Origin: Acidobacteriaceae bacterium
GTDB taxonomy: Bacteria > Acidobacteriota > Terriglobia > Terriglobales > Acidobacteriaceae
Direction: 5' to 3'
Assembly (NCBI GenBank): GCA_036521315.1
Contig: DATDHZ010000080.1
Span: forward strand, 116,756 to 180,755
DNA: 64,000 bases
The translations under genes were made by a program, and so were the position numbers. The notes beneath the pieces were generated by a model that was not told the origin of the DNA, did no database searches, and was given only the letters and a program-made list of their open reading frames with translations. Positions 7,785 through 17,776 of this stretch are shown piece by piece (within the stretch, counting starts at the first letter, position 1; every line of letters starts with the position of its first letter).

Positions 7785-9259
7785 GCAGAGATCTCCGGCG
7801 ATTCCACAATCGGTATCTCGACTACGAAGCCGGCGCCATTTTCGACAGGCTGATAGCGCAGCTCGCCCCGGCACGCCCGCATGAGCGCCCGGGAGAGAAA
7901 AAGGCCGAGGCCGGTCACTTCGGCCTCTTGCTGAAACGGATGGAACAGCCGGTCAGGATGCGCGACGCCGCCTGCGTTGTCGACGAACTCAACCAGCACG
8001 CAATGGTCCTGGAGAAGCGCGGAAACCGAGAGTTCCGGATCACTGCGTCCGGTGAGCGCGCGAATGGCGTTGGAGGTTACGTTGAGAAACACCTGGAGGA
8101 GGTTCTGACGGTCCGCCCATATAGCGGGCAACTCCGCCGGAATGTTCCAGCGGCATTCGATGCCTGCATCGCGGAGGGCGGGAGCCACTACAATACGCAA
8201 ATCGTCGAGGACGGCGATCAGGTCGATCTCAGCGCTTTGATCCGTATACTGCCGCAGGTCGACTGCTGCGATTCTTTCGAGAGCATGCAGCAGACTGCCG
8301 AGGGCCTCAAAATCCTTATCGCGCGAAAGCAAACCGCTGCGGGTGAGGTTCTGATGCACGACGGAAATGGCTCCCGAGACATTCCGCACCTCATGGGAGA
8401 CCGCGGCCGCCGCGATGCGCGACCCCGCGAGCATCTGCTGGAGGCCGGTCTCTTCGCGGGTACGCAGATCCTCTGATGTGTCGAGGATCATGGCGGCGAG
8501 CCTGGTGCCGCGGTGTGTCGCATAGGTGGAAAAGCTGATCTCTGCCAGAAAGACCTCGCCATCGGCGCGGCGTCCGCGCGACTGCATGGTGGTTCGGTAC
8601 TGCTGCGATGTCTGCAGCCGGGGAACATGAGCGAGAGAGGGAAAGTAGCCATGGATGGACCGGCCTGGCAGGTCGCCCGCAGGAAGCGTGAGCAAACGAT
8701 GCGCCGCATCGTTCGCCATCAGCACGGTTCCATCGGAGTCGGCGGTAATGATGGCGGCAGGACTGCTTTCGATGAGCACCCTGAGTTGCTCTTCGGCCTC
8801 GCGGCGAGCTTCGCTTTCGTTTGTGATTTCCTCGAGATGATCGAGGGCGGCCCGGCGGTTGCGGTGCACCTCGCGCGTGAACATGCCTGCACCGAAGAAG
8901 GCGACGAAGTACAGGATGTCGCGCGTCGACCCGGCTCGAGGGTGCCACGGAAACGCGTCGAAGGATTCGGCCAGGACCATGCACAGGGCGGCTACGCCGC
9001 CGATCTGCCACGGCTGGAGCACGCTGCCGACCATCATCATGGGAAGCAGATACAAAAGGCTCAGCGGAATCTCGTCCACAGTGCGCCAGTCAGCGATGGC
9101 GATCACGGCGGTTAACACCGCAGCGCGCAGCAAGACCTCTCGTCTGTTCCCCCGGAAGAATGTCGCGTACATCGGTCCCTGTGCCTGCATCGGCGGTGGT
9201 TGTGAACTACTGCCATTGTAGTGACCAGCTGCGAAGGGCACGAAAACGAAGGCAGCCAA
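7781..9259 (-). CDS. Membrane sensor histidine kinase with a PAS domain.
   Basis: About four N-terminal hydrophobic helices. PAS-like region SSPAAIITADSDGTVLMANDAAHRLL. H-box AAAVSHEVRNVSGAI. HATPase_c motifs (NVTSNAIRA, TGLGLFLSRAL). The start is uncertain: 9259, 9190 or 9172. Confidence 0.85.
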   Translation of the reverse strand: MAAFVFVPFAAGHYNGSSSQPPPMQAQGPMYATFFRGNRREVLLRAAVLTAVIAIADWRTVDEIPLSLLYLLPMMMVGSVLQPWQIGGVAALCMVLAESFDAFPWHPRAGSTRDILYFVAFFGAGMFTREVHRNRRAALDHLEEITNESEARREAEEQLRVLIESSPAAIITADSDGTVLMANDAAHRLLTLPAGDLPGRSIHGYFPSLAHVPRLQTSQQYRTTMQSRGRRADGEVFLAEISFSTYATHRGTRLAAMILDTSEDLRTREETGLQQMLAGSRIAAAAVSHEVRNVSGAISVVHQNLTRSGLLSRDKDFEALGSLLHALERIAAVDLRQYTDQSAEIDLIAVLDDLRIVVAPALRDAGIECRWNIPAELPAIWADRQNLLQVFLNVTSNAIRALTGRSDPELSVSALLQDHCVLVEFVDNAGGVAHPDRLFHPFQQEAEVTGLGLFLSRALMRACRGELRYQPVENGAGFVVEIPIVESPEISA

Positions 9260-9414
9260 AAGATAGCCAGCGATGCCCGCAAGAGGGGTAGACGAGGGCG
9301 AAAGATCGATCCCGGGTTAACGGATCGCTCTTTATTCTTGGGATAACCCTGCTGTCGATTCCTGTGTGGCTGGCCTGTCGATGCGGCTACAGGAGCGCAT
9401 CTCGAGTTCCCTTC

Positions 9415-10695
9415 ATGACAAGATCACACTTCATTCGCAGAAGCGCCTGCTGCCTTCTGGCTTTGGCGATTGGCTGCGGGACACAGTGCCGGGGACAGAG
9501 CCTCACGTGGGATCAGGTCAAAGCGAAATTCGAGGCGGATAATCCGACGCTGAAGGCGGACGAGTCGAGCGTCGAGGAGATGAAGGCGCAGGAGATGACG
9601 GCATATCTTCGGCCGAATCCCCAGTTCGGGCTAACCGTAGACGGCACGCAAATTGCGCCGAACGAGGGGGTTTGGAAGCCGCTCGCGGGGACATTCGAGG
9701 CGCCGTCGATCAGCTACCTGCACGAGCGCGATCACAAGCGCGAACTGCGCCGCGATGCCGCTGAGCACGAGACGCAGATTGCAGCCTCGCAGCACGACGA
9801 CATGGAACGGACAATGCTGTTCACGCTGCGGTCGGCCTTCGTGCAGGTGCTGCAGGCCAAGGCCATCGTCGAACTATCGAAGCAGGAACTCGACTATTAC
9901 AACCACATTATCGACATCAGCCACGAGCGCTTCATCAAGGGCGACCTGGCTGAGATCGACTTCGAGCGCATCGAGCTGCAGCGGGTACAGTATGAATCCG
10001 ATTTGCAGACCGCCGAAGTCAGCGTGCGCACAGCGAAGATCCAGCTGCTGCAACTGCTCGATGACAAGACGCCGATCGATCAGTTCGATGTGCAGGGGCC
10101 GTTTGACTTCACCGATCAGCTGCAGCCGCTGGACGTGTTTCACCAGACAGCCATCGACAACCGGCCCGATCTGCGGGCGGCGATCCAGTCTGTGCAGCAG
10201 GCGGATACGAACCACAAGCTGGCGATTGCGAATGGATCGACTGACCCGACGTTTGGCGCCTGGTACACCCACAATGCCTCGACCAACAACAGCTACGGAA
10301 ACCAGACGCTTGGGCTGAGCGTCAATGTTCCGCTGCGCATCTTCGACCGCAATCAGGGCGAGAAGCTGCGGACGCAGATCGACATTACCCGCAACCAGCA
10401 GCTCGAGGAAGGCACACGGGCGCAAATCTTCAACGATGTGGACTCGGCATACGCGCAGGTGAACAGCAACCTGATTCTGCTGCGCCCGTACCACGACAAG
10501 TATCTTGCCGAAGCGGCGCACGTGCGCGACACGGTGACCTATGCCTGGCAGCACGGAGGAGCCTCGCTGATGGATTTTCTGAACGCGCAGAGCGACTACC
10601 GCAACGTGCAGATGGCCTATCTGCAGCTGGTGGGCTCGTATATGACGGCGGCTGGCCAGCTCAACATGGCCGTGGGACGCGAGGTGATCCAATGA
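9415..10695 (+). CDS. czcC: TolC-family outer membrane efflux protein (CzcC-like).
   Basis: Signal-like N-terminus MTRSHFIRRSACCLLALAIGCG. Coiled repeat pattern typical of OEP family proteins. First gene of the three-gene efflux operon; its stop overlaps the next start (ATGA at 10692). Confidence 0.8.
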   Translation: MTRSHFIRRSACCLLALAIGCGTQCRGQSLTWDQVKAKFEADNPTLKADESSVEEMKAQEMTAYLRPNPQFGLTVDGTQIAPNEGVWKPLAGTFEAPSISYLHERDHKRELRRDAAEHETQIAASQHDDMERTMLFTLRSAFVQVLQAKAIVELSKQELDYYNHIIDISHERFIKGDLAEIDFERIELQRVQYESDLQTAEVSVRTAKIQLLQLLDDKTPIDQFDVQGPFDFTDQLQPLDVFHQTAIDNRPDLRAAIQSVQQADTNHKLAIANGSTDPTFGAWYTHNASTNNSYGNQTLGLSVNVPLRIFDRNQGEKLRTQIDITRNQQLEEGTRAQIFNDVDSAYAQVNSNLILLRPYHDKYLAEAAHVRDTVTYAWQHGGASLMDFLNAQSDYRNVQMAYLQLVGSYMTAAGQLNMAVGREVIQ

Positions 10696-11834
10696 AGAAG
10701 CGGACCGTTGTACGAGCCGCTGTGGTTTTGGCGGCCGGAGCGATGCTGACCGCCTGCGGGAAAAAATTCGATCCCGCGCAGGGCGCGCCGCCTCAACCGC
10801 AGGTGGTGGATCAGAGCAACGCCGGGCGCGTCAGCGTCGATCATCCCGAACAGTTCCCCGTCGTCGCGGCCGAGAGCTTCGCCTCTCCAGAGACGCTGAA
10901 CGTGACAGGCACGGTGAACGCGGATATTTCCCGGGAAATTCCGGTGATCTCCCTGGCCAGCGGACGCATCGTGGAGATTCGCGCGCGGCTCGACGACAAC
11001 GTGAAGAAGGGCGACCTGCTGCTCAAGGTCAAGAGCCCGGATATTAACAACGCTTTCAACCTCTATCTGAAGGCGGTGAACGACGAACATCTCGCGTCTC
11101 TGGCGCTGGCACGCGCGAAGGATCTGTTCGCGCACGGGGCCGTTCCGCAGGCGCAGGTGGAGCAGACGCAGGATGCCGAGGACGATGCGAAGGCCGATCT
11201 GACGGCAGCGGAGCAGCAACTGGACACGCTGGGGGTGAACAAGGATCATCCGTCAGACATCGTGAATGTCTACGCGCCGATTTCCGGCGTCATCATTGCG
11301 CAGAATGTGACCAATGCAGCAGCGGCGGGCGTGACCTATGCGGGATCGCCGACAGCTTTCACCATTGCCGATCTGTCGGAGGTGTGGGTGCTGTGCGATG
11401 TCTACGAGAACGATCTGCCCAGGGTGAGGCTGGGACAAACCGCGCGGATTCACCCGGCTGCCTACCCTGACAAAGTGCTGACCGGCCGCGTGAGCGACAT
11501 CGGCCCGATCCTCGATCCGGCGATGCGCACGGCCAAGGTGCGCATCCAGGTTCCGAATCCGGGCAATCTGCTGCGGCTCGGGATGTTTGTGAGCGCGACG
11601 CTGTCGAGCACGACCAGCCAGGTTCACGCGGTGGTGCCGTCCGCGGCCATCCTGCACCTGCACGATCGCGACTGGGTTTTTGTGCCGGCGGGTGGAAAGC
11701 AGTTCCGGCGGGTGGAAGTGAGGGCCGGAAATACACTGCCGGGCGACAAAGAGGTCATTCTCTCCGGAGTCGCGCCGGGACAGCAGGTGGTGGGCAATGT
11801 TCTGGCGCTGGAAGCGACGCTGGAGGCGCAATGA
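10692..11834 (+). CDS. czcB: RND efflux periplasmic adaptor (HlyD/CzcB family) lipoprotein.
   Basis: Lipobox MLTACGKK. Biotinyl-lipoyl-like and beta-barrel segments (VYAPISGVIIAQNV, GMFVSATL). Translationally coupled to both neighbours. Confidence 0.88.
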   Translation: MKKRTVVRAAVVLAAGAMLTACGKKFDPAQGAPPQPQVVDQSNAGRVSVDHPEQFPVVAAESFASPETLNVTGTVNADISREIPVISLASGRIVEIRARLDDNVKKGDLLLKVKSPDINNAFNLYLKAVNDEHLASLALARAKDLFAHGAVPQAQVEQTQDAEDDAKADLTAAEQQLDTLGVNKDHPSDIVNVYAPISGVIIAQNVTNAAAAGVTYAGSPTAFTIADLSEVWVLCDVYENDLPRVRLGQTARIHPAAYPDKVLTGRVSDIGPILDPAMRTAKVRIQVPNPGNLLRLGMFVSATLSSTTSQVHAVVPSAAILHLHDRDWVFVPAGGKQFRRVEVRAGNTLPGDKEVILSGVAPGQQVVGNVLALEATLEAQ

Positions 11835-14800
11835 TCCGAAGAGTGGTCGATTTCGCCCTCCAGAGCCGTTTTCTGGTGCTGGCGATCGGAGTCCTGCTCT
11901 TCGCCTGGGGCATTGTGTCGTTCCATCGGTTGCCTGTTGAGGCGTATCCCGACGTGGCGAACAACTATGTCGATGTGATCGCGCAATGGCCTGGGATTTC
12001 CGCCGAGCAGATGGAGCAACAGGTGACCATCCCGCTGGAAACCGCGATGAACGGTATCCCGGGTATCGCCCACATCCGCTCCTGGTCGATCTTCGGTCTC
12101 TCTACCGTCGAGATGGTCTTTGGGGAGACGACCACCGACTTCCAAAACCGCGAACACGTGCTGGAGCGGCTTTCGCAGGTGAATCTTCCGGCGGGCGTGG
12201 TCCCGCAGATGGGCACGGACTGGAGCCCGGTCGGCCAGATTTACTTTTACACGCTGCGCAGCAGCAATCCGGAATACGACGTGATGAATCTCAAGTCGCT
12301 CGAAACCTGGGTGATTGAGAAAAACCTCAAATCCGTACCCGGCGTGGTGGACACGAACCCATTTGGCGGGCCCACGCGCGAATACCAGGTGCGGGTCGAT
12401 CCCGACAGGCTGATTGCCTACGGCCTGAACATCGGGCAGGTAGAACAGCAACTCGCGAACAACAACGCCAATGCGGGCGGCAGCTTCATCCAGGCGGGCG
12501 ATCAGCAGATCAACGTTCGCGAAGTGGGTCTGGTCAAGGATCTCGACGACATCGGCAACACCGTCATCACGACGCGGAACGGCACGCCGCTGCGGGTGAA
12601 AGACATCGCCGAGGTCACACAGGGGCCGATGATCCGGCTCGGTCAGTTTGGAGACTCGTACCACCGCGAGGACGGCAAGCTGGTCAACAACGACGACGTG
12701 GTCTCAGGCATTGCACTGCTGCAGAAGGGCGCCGACGCGCAGCCGGTGCTGAACGCCATCCATAAGAAGGTGGAGGAACTGAACTCGCAGATCCTCCCGG
12801 CGGGCGTCAAGATTGTTCCCTTTCTCGATCGCAGCGAGTTATTGCGCTTCACCACGCATACGGTTCTGCACAATTTGTCCGAAGGAATGATCCTCGTTGC
12901 GATCATTCTTTTTCTCTTTCTCGGCAATGTGCGCGGCGCCACGATCGTGGTGCTCACCATCCCGTTTTCGCTGCTGTTTGCGGCTACATGCCTTGATCTC
13001 AAGGGCATTCCCGCCAACCTGCTCTCGCTGGGGGCGCTGGATTTCGGCATGGTGGTGGAGGGAGCTGTGGTGATGGTGGAAAACATCGTTCGTCATCTCA
13101 ACCACAAAGACGAAAGCGGCCATTCCACGCAGGAGCGCATCGCCGAGGCCGCACACGAGGTGCAGCGTCCCGTCTTCTACGCGATCGCCATCATCATAAC
13201 CGCGTACTTGCCCATCTTCACGCTGCAGTCGGTGGAAGGACGGCTGTTCAAGCCGATGGCCTGGACGGTAGCTTTCGCATTGCTGGGCGCGCTGCTTTAC
13301 GCCATGCTTCTGGCTCCTGTTCTGTCGAGCATGATGCTCGGCAAAGGCGCGAAGGAGTGGAAGAACCCGGTGATGGAATACCTGCAAAATCGGTACCGGA
13401 GCGGCGTTACGTGGACGATCCGCCACCAGGCTTTCACGATTGGCGTGGGCGTGGTGGCACTGGTGATGGCCGTGTATCTGGGGTTCAGCGGCGTTATCGG
13501 CTCCGAATTTCTGCCTCATCTGGACGAAGGGGCGCTGTGGGTGCGCGGCACGCTCGACCAGAGCGTCGGCCCGGACGAGAGTGTGAAGGTAGCCAATGAG
13601 GCGAGGCTGCTGCTGTGCTCATTTCCTGAAACCACCGAGTGCACGAGCCAGACGGGGCGGCCGGACGACGGGACCGACCACACGGGATTTTTCGACACCG
13701 AGTATTTTGTCGGCCTGAAGCCCAAAGAGCAGTGGCGGCCGGTCTTTCGCCAGGACAAGGACAACCTGATCGCGTCGATGAACGAACAGCTGGTGAAGAA
13801 ATTCCCGGGCATCATCTGGGGCTTTTCACAACCCATCGAAGACAACATGGAGGAGGCGGTCAGCGGTGTGAAGGGCGAGCTGGCGACCAAGATCTACGGC
13901 GACGATCTGCACCTGCTGGAGAGCAAGGCCAGTGAGATTGAAGCGGTGATGAGCCGGGTGCCGGGAATTACGGACATCGGCGTCTTCCAGGTGACCGGGC
14001 AGCCCGATCTGGATGTGACGGTGGATCGCCAGAAGGCGGCACGCTGGGGCATCAACGTGGCGGACGTGCAGGATGCGATCCAGACCGCCGTGGGGGGCAT
14101 CGCAGTGAGCCAGGTGCTGCGGGGCGAGCAAGTCTACAACCTGACGCTGCGGTATCTGCCGCAGTACCGGGATACGCCGGAGGCCATCGCGAACATCCGC
14201 CTGGTTTCACCCTCCGGCGAGCGCGTTTCGCTCGCTCAGCTCTGCACGATTCGCGAAGCGGACGAGGGCTCGGAAATCTATCGCGAAAACAACGAGCGCT
14301 ATGTCGCCATCAAGTACAGCGTGCGCGGGCGCGCTCTCGGCGATGCGGTGAAGCAGGCAATACACGATGTCACCGCGCAGGTGAAGCTGCCGCGCGGTTA
14401 TCACATCGGGTGGGAAGGCGAGTATCAGAGCGAGGTGCGCGCCGAAGCCCGTATGGCGGTGATCGTGCCGATCACCGTGCTGCTGATCTTTATCATCCTG
14501 TACTCGATGTACCGGTCGCTCAAATGGTCGGTTCTTATTCTGGCCACCGTGGCCATGGCCAGCATCGGGGGTCTGCTCGTGCTGCTGGTGACCGGCACCG
14601 AGTTCAGCGTGTCGTCGGAAGTGGGATTCCTCGCTCTCTTCGGCGTCTCCGTCCAGTCCGGGATCATTTTGCTGGAATACATCAACCAGTTGCGCGCGCG
14701 CGGCGAAACCGTCGAGCAAGCCGCCGTGGAAGGTGCGGTGGTGCGCCTGCGCCCGATCATGATGACCATGCTGGTAGCGACTTTGGGACTGCTGCCGGCC

Positions 14801-14971
14801 GCGTTCTCGCACGGCATCGGCTCCGACTCGCAGCGGCCGTTCGCCATCGTCATTGTCGGCGGGCTGATGACCAACCTGCTGATGAGCGTCTTTTTGCTGC
14901 CGACGCTCTACGTCTGGGTGGCTCGCGACGCAGATATTTTGCCGCAGCCGGAAATGGAATTCGAGAACTGA
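11831..14971 (+). CDS. czcA: CusA/CzcA family heavy-metal efflux RND transporter.
   Basis: 1046 aa. N-terminus MIRRVVDFALQSRFLVLAIGVLLFAWGIVSFHRLPVEAYPDV and the 12-TM/large-loop architecture are typical of the HME-RND family. Confidence 0.93.
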   Translation: MIRRVVDFALQSRFLVLAIGVLLFAWGIVSFHRLPVEAYPDVANNYVDVIAQWPGISAEQMEQQVTIPLETAMNGIPGIAHIRSWSIFGLSTVEMVFGETTTDFQNREHVLERLSQVNLPAGVVPQMGTDWSPVGQIYFYTLRSSNPEYDVMNLKSLETWVIEKNLKSVPGVVDTNPFGGPTREYQVRVDPDRLIAYGLNIGQVEQQLANNNANAGGSFIQAGDQQINVREVGLVKDLDDIGNTVITTRNGTPLRVKDIAEVTQGPMIRLGQFGDSYHREDGKLVNNDDVVSGIALLQKGADAQPVLNAIHKKVEELNSQILPAGVKIVPFLDRSELLRFTTHTVLHNLSEGMILVAIILFLFLGNVRGATIVVLTIPFSLLFAATCLDLKGIPANLLSLGALDFGMVVEGAVVMVENIVRHLNHKDESGHSTQERIAEAAHEVQRPVFYAIAIIITAYLPIFTLQSVEGRLFKPMAWTVAFALLGALLYAMLLAPVLSSMMLGKGAKEWKNPVMEYLQNRYRSGVTWTIRHQAFTIGVGVVALVMAVYLGFSGVIGSEFLPHLDEGALWVRGTLDQSVGPDESVKVANEARLLLCSFPETTECTSQTGRPDDGTDHTGFFDTEYFVGLKPKEQWRPVFRQDKDNLIASMNEQLVKKFPGIIWGFSQPIEDNMEEAVSGVKGELATKIYGDDLHLLESKASEIEAVMSRVPGITDIGVFQVTGQPDLDVTVDRQKAARWGINVADVQDAIQTAVGGIAVSQVLRGEQVYNLTLRYLPQYRDTPEAIANIRLVSPSGERVSLAQLCTIREADEGSEIYRENNERYVAIKYSVRGRALGDAVKQAIHDVTAQVKLPRGYHIGWEGEYQSEVRAEARMAVIVPITVLLIFIILYSMYRSLKWSVLILATVAMASIGGLLVLLVTGTEFSVSSEVGFLALFGVSVQSGIILLEYINQLRARGETVEQAAVEGAVVRLRPIMMTMLVATLGLLPAAFSHGIGSDSQRPFAIVIVGGLMTNLLMSVFLLPTLYVWVARDADILPQPEMEFEN

Positions 14972-15121
14972 GGAACGCCGCCGTCCGCAGCTGGGACAGT
15001 AGCCAGGGGATGACCCTGTCGCGATGGTGATTCTCTATGACGGTTGCACCGATTTGCGCTTGCCTGGCGGTGACGCCTATCGCCGACTCTGGCTGTGCGA
15101 TGGCGGCAGGTGTAACGGTGA

Positions 15122-15464
15122 GCCATCGATGGGAACCAGGCGCCCGCGCTTCCGGGTGACGTTCTCCTGCTGCAGCACGTGCACGCTTGCCCCCGCGGCG
15201 GTACTTGGTCAGTGGGATCTGCCGTATGGGTGGGCTCCGCTCGGGTGGATCGCTGTGGATGGCATGAATCAATGCGGGGACCATGCCAATGCGGAACGGA
15301 TGGCGCAAGAATTCCCAGCGACAATCCGCGACAGTTTTCAGCGCGACCACATGATCCGCGAGAAATACAACGTCGTGACTCGCTCAGCGGAGTTTCAGGT
15401 GACGGCAGGGTATCAGCAAAACGTGGCCTGCTGCGGATGGACCACGGCGTTTATCGGGAGATGA
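15122..15464 (+). pseudogene. C-terminal remnant of a GH37 trehalase gene, 5'-truncated and frameshifted.
   Basis: The frame of ORF 15024-15464 reads LGQWDLPYGWAPLGWIAVDGMNQCG...IREKYNVV...AGYQQNVACCGWTTAF. E. coli TreA has [25 protein letters not shown]...VEKYDV...GEYPLQDGFGWTNGV. Just upstream, a different frame reads VLLLQHVHACPRGGT against TreA HLLQPGGLNTT. About 400 N-terminal codons are missing and the GFGWTNG motif has decayed. Confidence 0.55.
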
Positions 15465-15546
15465 AGAGCTTGCCCGACCGAGGCCAGCAGACGACTGCCG
15501 GTGCAGCGGGCCATTAACTCGCTGCGCGGATCGTGACACCTGAAAG

Positions 15547-17772
15547 TTAGTGCGCGGCGCTTTGCGATGGCTGGGCGGCAAAGAAAACCAGCTCGGAGGT
15601 GAGCGGCTCGGGCAACGCGACGCGCAGACCGCCGTTCATCAGATCGCGGCCGGAAGCGGTTGCGTCGGGCGAGGAGCCATCCTGAAAGTGCAGTTGATAC
15701 GAACTGTGCGGATCAAGGCCGGCGAGGACATACTGGTGCACGGGTTCATCGGGAGCCGAGCCGCGAAACGCATAGACCACGCCCCGGTGCAGCGCGGCCG
15801 CGTAGTACTCCATGCCGTCCCAGTGGAGGCCATCAGGACGCGGCGAAATGTGGAAGAGCTGCGCATCGCGGATGAGCGGGCGCAGGCGCGCCTTGTAGAG
15901 GGCGATGGCGTCGCGCGCGGCGGCGTGCTGCCCGGGCGTCCAGTTATTGGTGTTTTGCATGACGGAGAGCCAGCCCATCATGCCGCTGCGGAGTTCGTAG
16001 AGGAAATTCGCGATGGTCGGCGTGAGCCATTTGTCCACGTAGGTTTCGAGCATGGCGGGCGGCAGAACGTAGCTGGCGTCGTAGAAGGCGCGCCGGTTGG
16101 AGAGCGGATCATAGCTGTCGGTGATGGAGAAATAGTCGCCATGCGCGGCGCTGCCGAAGTCGACCATGCGGCCGCCGTCGTTGCAGATTTCGAGCAGCAG
16201 GCCGGGGTGATGGCGGCGGAGCTGCTCGTAAATGAGGTAGTAGGCGAGGACCGCGTGGTAGCTGACGTCGGTGGAATTGGAGCTGAGGACGATGTCTTCG
16301 CCGTCGTAATGCTCGACGGCAGTGTTGCGCGGATCGGGCGCCGCGTGAGGATGATTATCGCGCGTGCATCCCTGGGCGACGAGGTAGCCATCGTGCTCGA
16401 GCATATCGAGCTTGTCGCAGGCGACGATGCGGTTGACCTCGCGCGACGCGTACGCCGCCGCTGCAGGGACACCGAGGTCGATCGTCTGGCCCTTGAAGTC
16501 CTGCGGCTTCCAGCCGGCGGGCACATCGGCGACGAGCCAGTCGCGGACCGTGGGATCGCGGAGGTTGAGCGCGCCAGGGTTCGAGTCGAGGCCGGCCTGG
16601 GTCCAGTCGGTCCAGAGACCGAAGCGTTCGCCATGCGCGTGGGCATCGGCGGCAAGAACGGCGAGGCCGCGGGGAAATTTCACGGGATTCGCATACCAGT
16701 CGCCGACGCCACGGAACCAGCCGGCATCGAGATGAAACATTTCGAAGCCGAGGGCCGCGGAATCGGCGATCATCGCGTGCGCGGCTGACTCGTTGATGTC
16801 CATACCGACGCCCCAGCTGTTGTTGACGACGAGCGGGTAATGCGGATCGGACCAGGTACGCGGGTTGCCGAGAACGGCGCGGACCCACGGACGGAGCTGA
16901 TTTCCCGCGCCGTCGGGCCCGCCGGTGAACGAGCCGAGAAAAACGGTCGGCGCAGTAAAGCTGCCGCCGGGTATGAGCCGCGTGAGGGCGGGACCCGGAG
17001 CAGGATCGAGGCCAAGCTGAGCCGCAAGGAATTGTGCGGTGCGGCGGAACGCGATGCGCGTACGCCCGCTGAATTCGATGCCGGCGAACCAGCCGGACGA
17101 CTCGGGATTGGCGCGAAAGACGGCGGTGTAGGGGATGATCTCGCGCGGCTCGTCGTGGATGGGATGGGCGAAGGTGCTCGAGCGGCCGGTCCAGGTATAG
17201 CCTGGATCAATGGACAGGAGATGAGTGCCGAGGTCGGAGGGCGCACCTGCGCCCTTCTCGACATAGAGCTGGCGCAGGTTTGCGTCGCTCGGCACGGCGA
17301 AGCCGAGCGCGAGCGTGTCTGGGAGGGGAAGCCAGTACTCATCGCCGGTGAGATTTTCAATGAGCATGCTGTGCTCGATGGGCCCGAAGTCGGCGCGGGC
17401 GGTCCATTGCCAGGTGAGGCGCAGATGGGGCTGACTGGACTCGTAGACGAACACGACGCGATGCGGCGTGATGACCGAAGTGGAAGGAATGTTGCGCCAG
17501 ACGAGTGCCAGATTCCGGCCATTGCGCACGACCGATGCGGGCAGCGGCACGGACGCATCGTTGAGCCAGAGGTCGCGGCTGCGGCCATGGAGGGAACGAA
17601 GCTGAGGGGCGGTTGCGCCGGCGGCGAACTGGAGGGTCACGTCGGCCGTGCTCAGCGTGGCTCGGGATTGAGCAAAGGTGACGGGGAGGGTGGCGAGAAT
17701 ACAGCCGAGAATCGTCGCACGGAAAAGTGTGCTGTGAGATGAGGCGCGCATGGATGGGCTGAAGGGTCTCAT
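15547..17772 (-). CDS. GH36-family alpha-galactosidase-like glycoside hydrolase, secreted.
   Basis: NNSWGVGMDINESAAHAMIADSAALGFEMFHLDAGWFRGVGDWYANPVKFPRGLAVLAADAHAHGERFGLWTDW, plus KLDMLEHDGY and CNDGGRMVDFG, match GH36 signature regions. Signal peptide present. ATG 17772 lies 4 nt after the upstream stop. Confidence 0.78.
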   Translation of the reverse strand: MRPFSPSMRASSHSTLFRATILGCILATLPVTFAQSRATLSTADVTLQFAAGATAPQLRSLHGRSRDLWLNDASVPLPASVVRNGRNLALVWRNIPSTSVITPHRVVFVYESSQPHLRLTWQWTARADFGPIEHSMLIENLTGDEYWLPLPDTLALGFAVPSDANLRQLYVEKGAGAPSDLGTHLLSIDPGYTWTGRSSTFAHPIHDEPREIIPYTAVFRANPESSGWFAGIEFSGRTRIAFRRTAQFLAAQLGLDPAPGPALTRLIPGGSFTAPTVFLGSFTGGPDGAGNQLRPWVRAVLGNPRTWSDPHYPLVVNNSWGVGMDINESAAHAMIADSAALGFEMFHLDAGWFRGVGDWYANPVKFPRGLAVLAADAHAHGERFGLWTDWTQAGLDSNPGALNLRDPTVRDWLVADVPAGWKPQDFKGQTIDLGVPAAAAYASREVNRIVACDKLDMLEHDGYLVAQGCTRDNHPHAAPDPRNTAVEHYDGEDIVLSSNSTDVSYHAVLAYYLIYEQLRRHHPGLLLEICNDGGRMVDFGSAAHGDYFSITDSYDPLSNRRAFYDASYVLPPAMLETYVDKWLTPTIANFLYELRSGMMGWLSVMQNTNNWTPGQHAAARDAIALYKARLRPLIRDAQLFHISPRPDGLHWDGMEYYAAALHRGVVYAFRGSAPDEPVHQYVLAGLDPHSSYQLHFQDGSSPDATASGRDLMNGGLRVALPEPLTSELVFFAAQPSQSAAH

Positions 17773-17776
17773 GCGG

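Noticed and set aside
7119-14971. The two-component + czcCBA block as a discrete mobile element or genomic island.
   Set aside because: No integrase, transposase, flanking direct repeats or tRNA target are visible. Only the adjacent truncated trehalase hints at a past rearrangement, so no mobile_element feature is called.
15024-15464. 146-aa ORF as an intact small gene.
   Set aside because: Only its last ~90 residues resemble anything (the trehalase C-terminus). The matching upstream segment is in another frame. It is better explained as a gene remnant.
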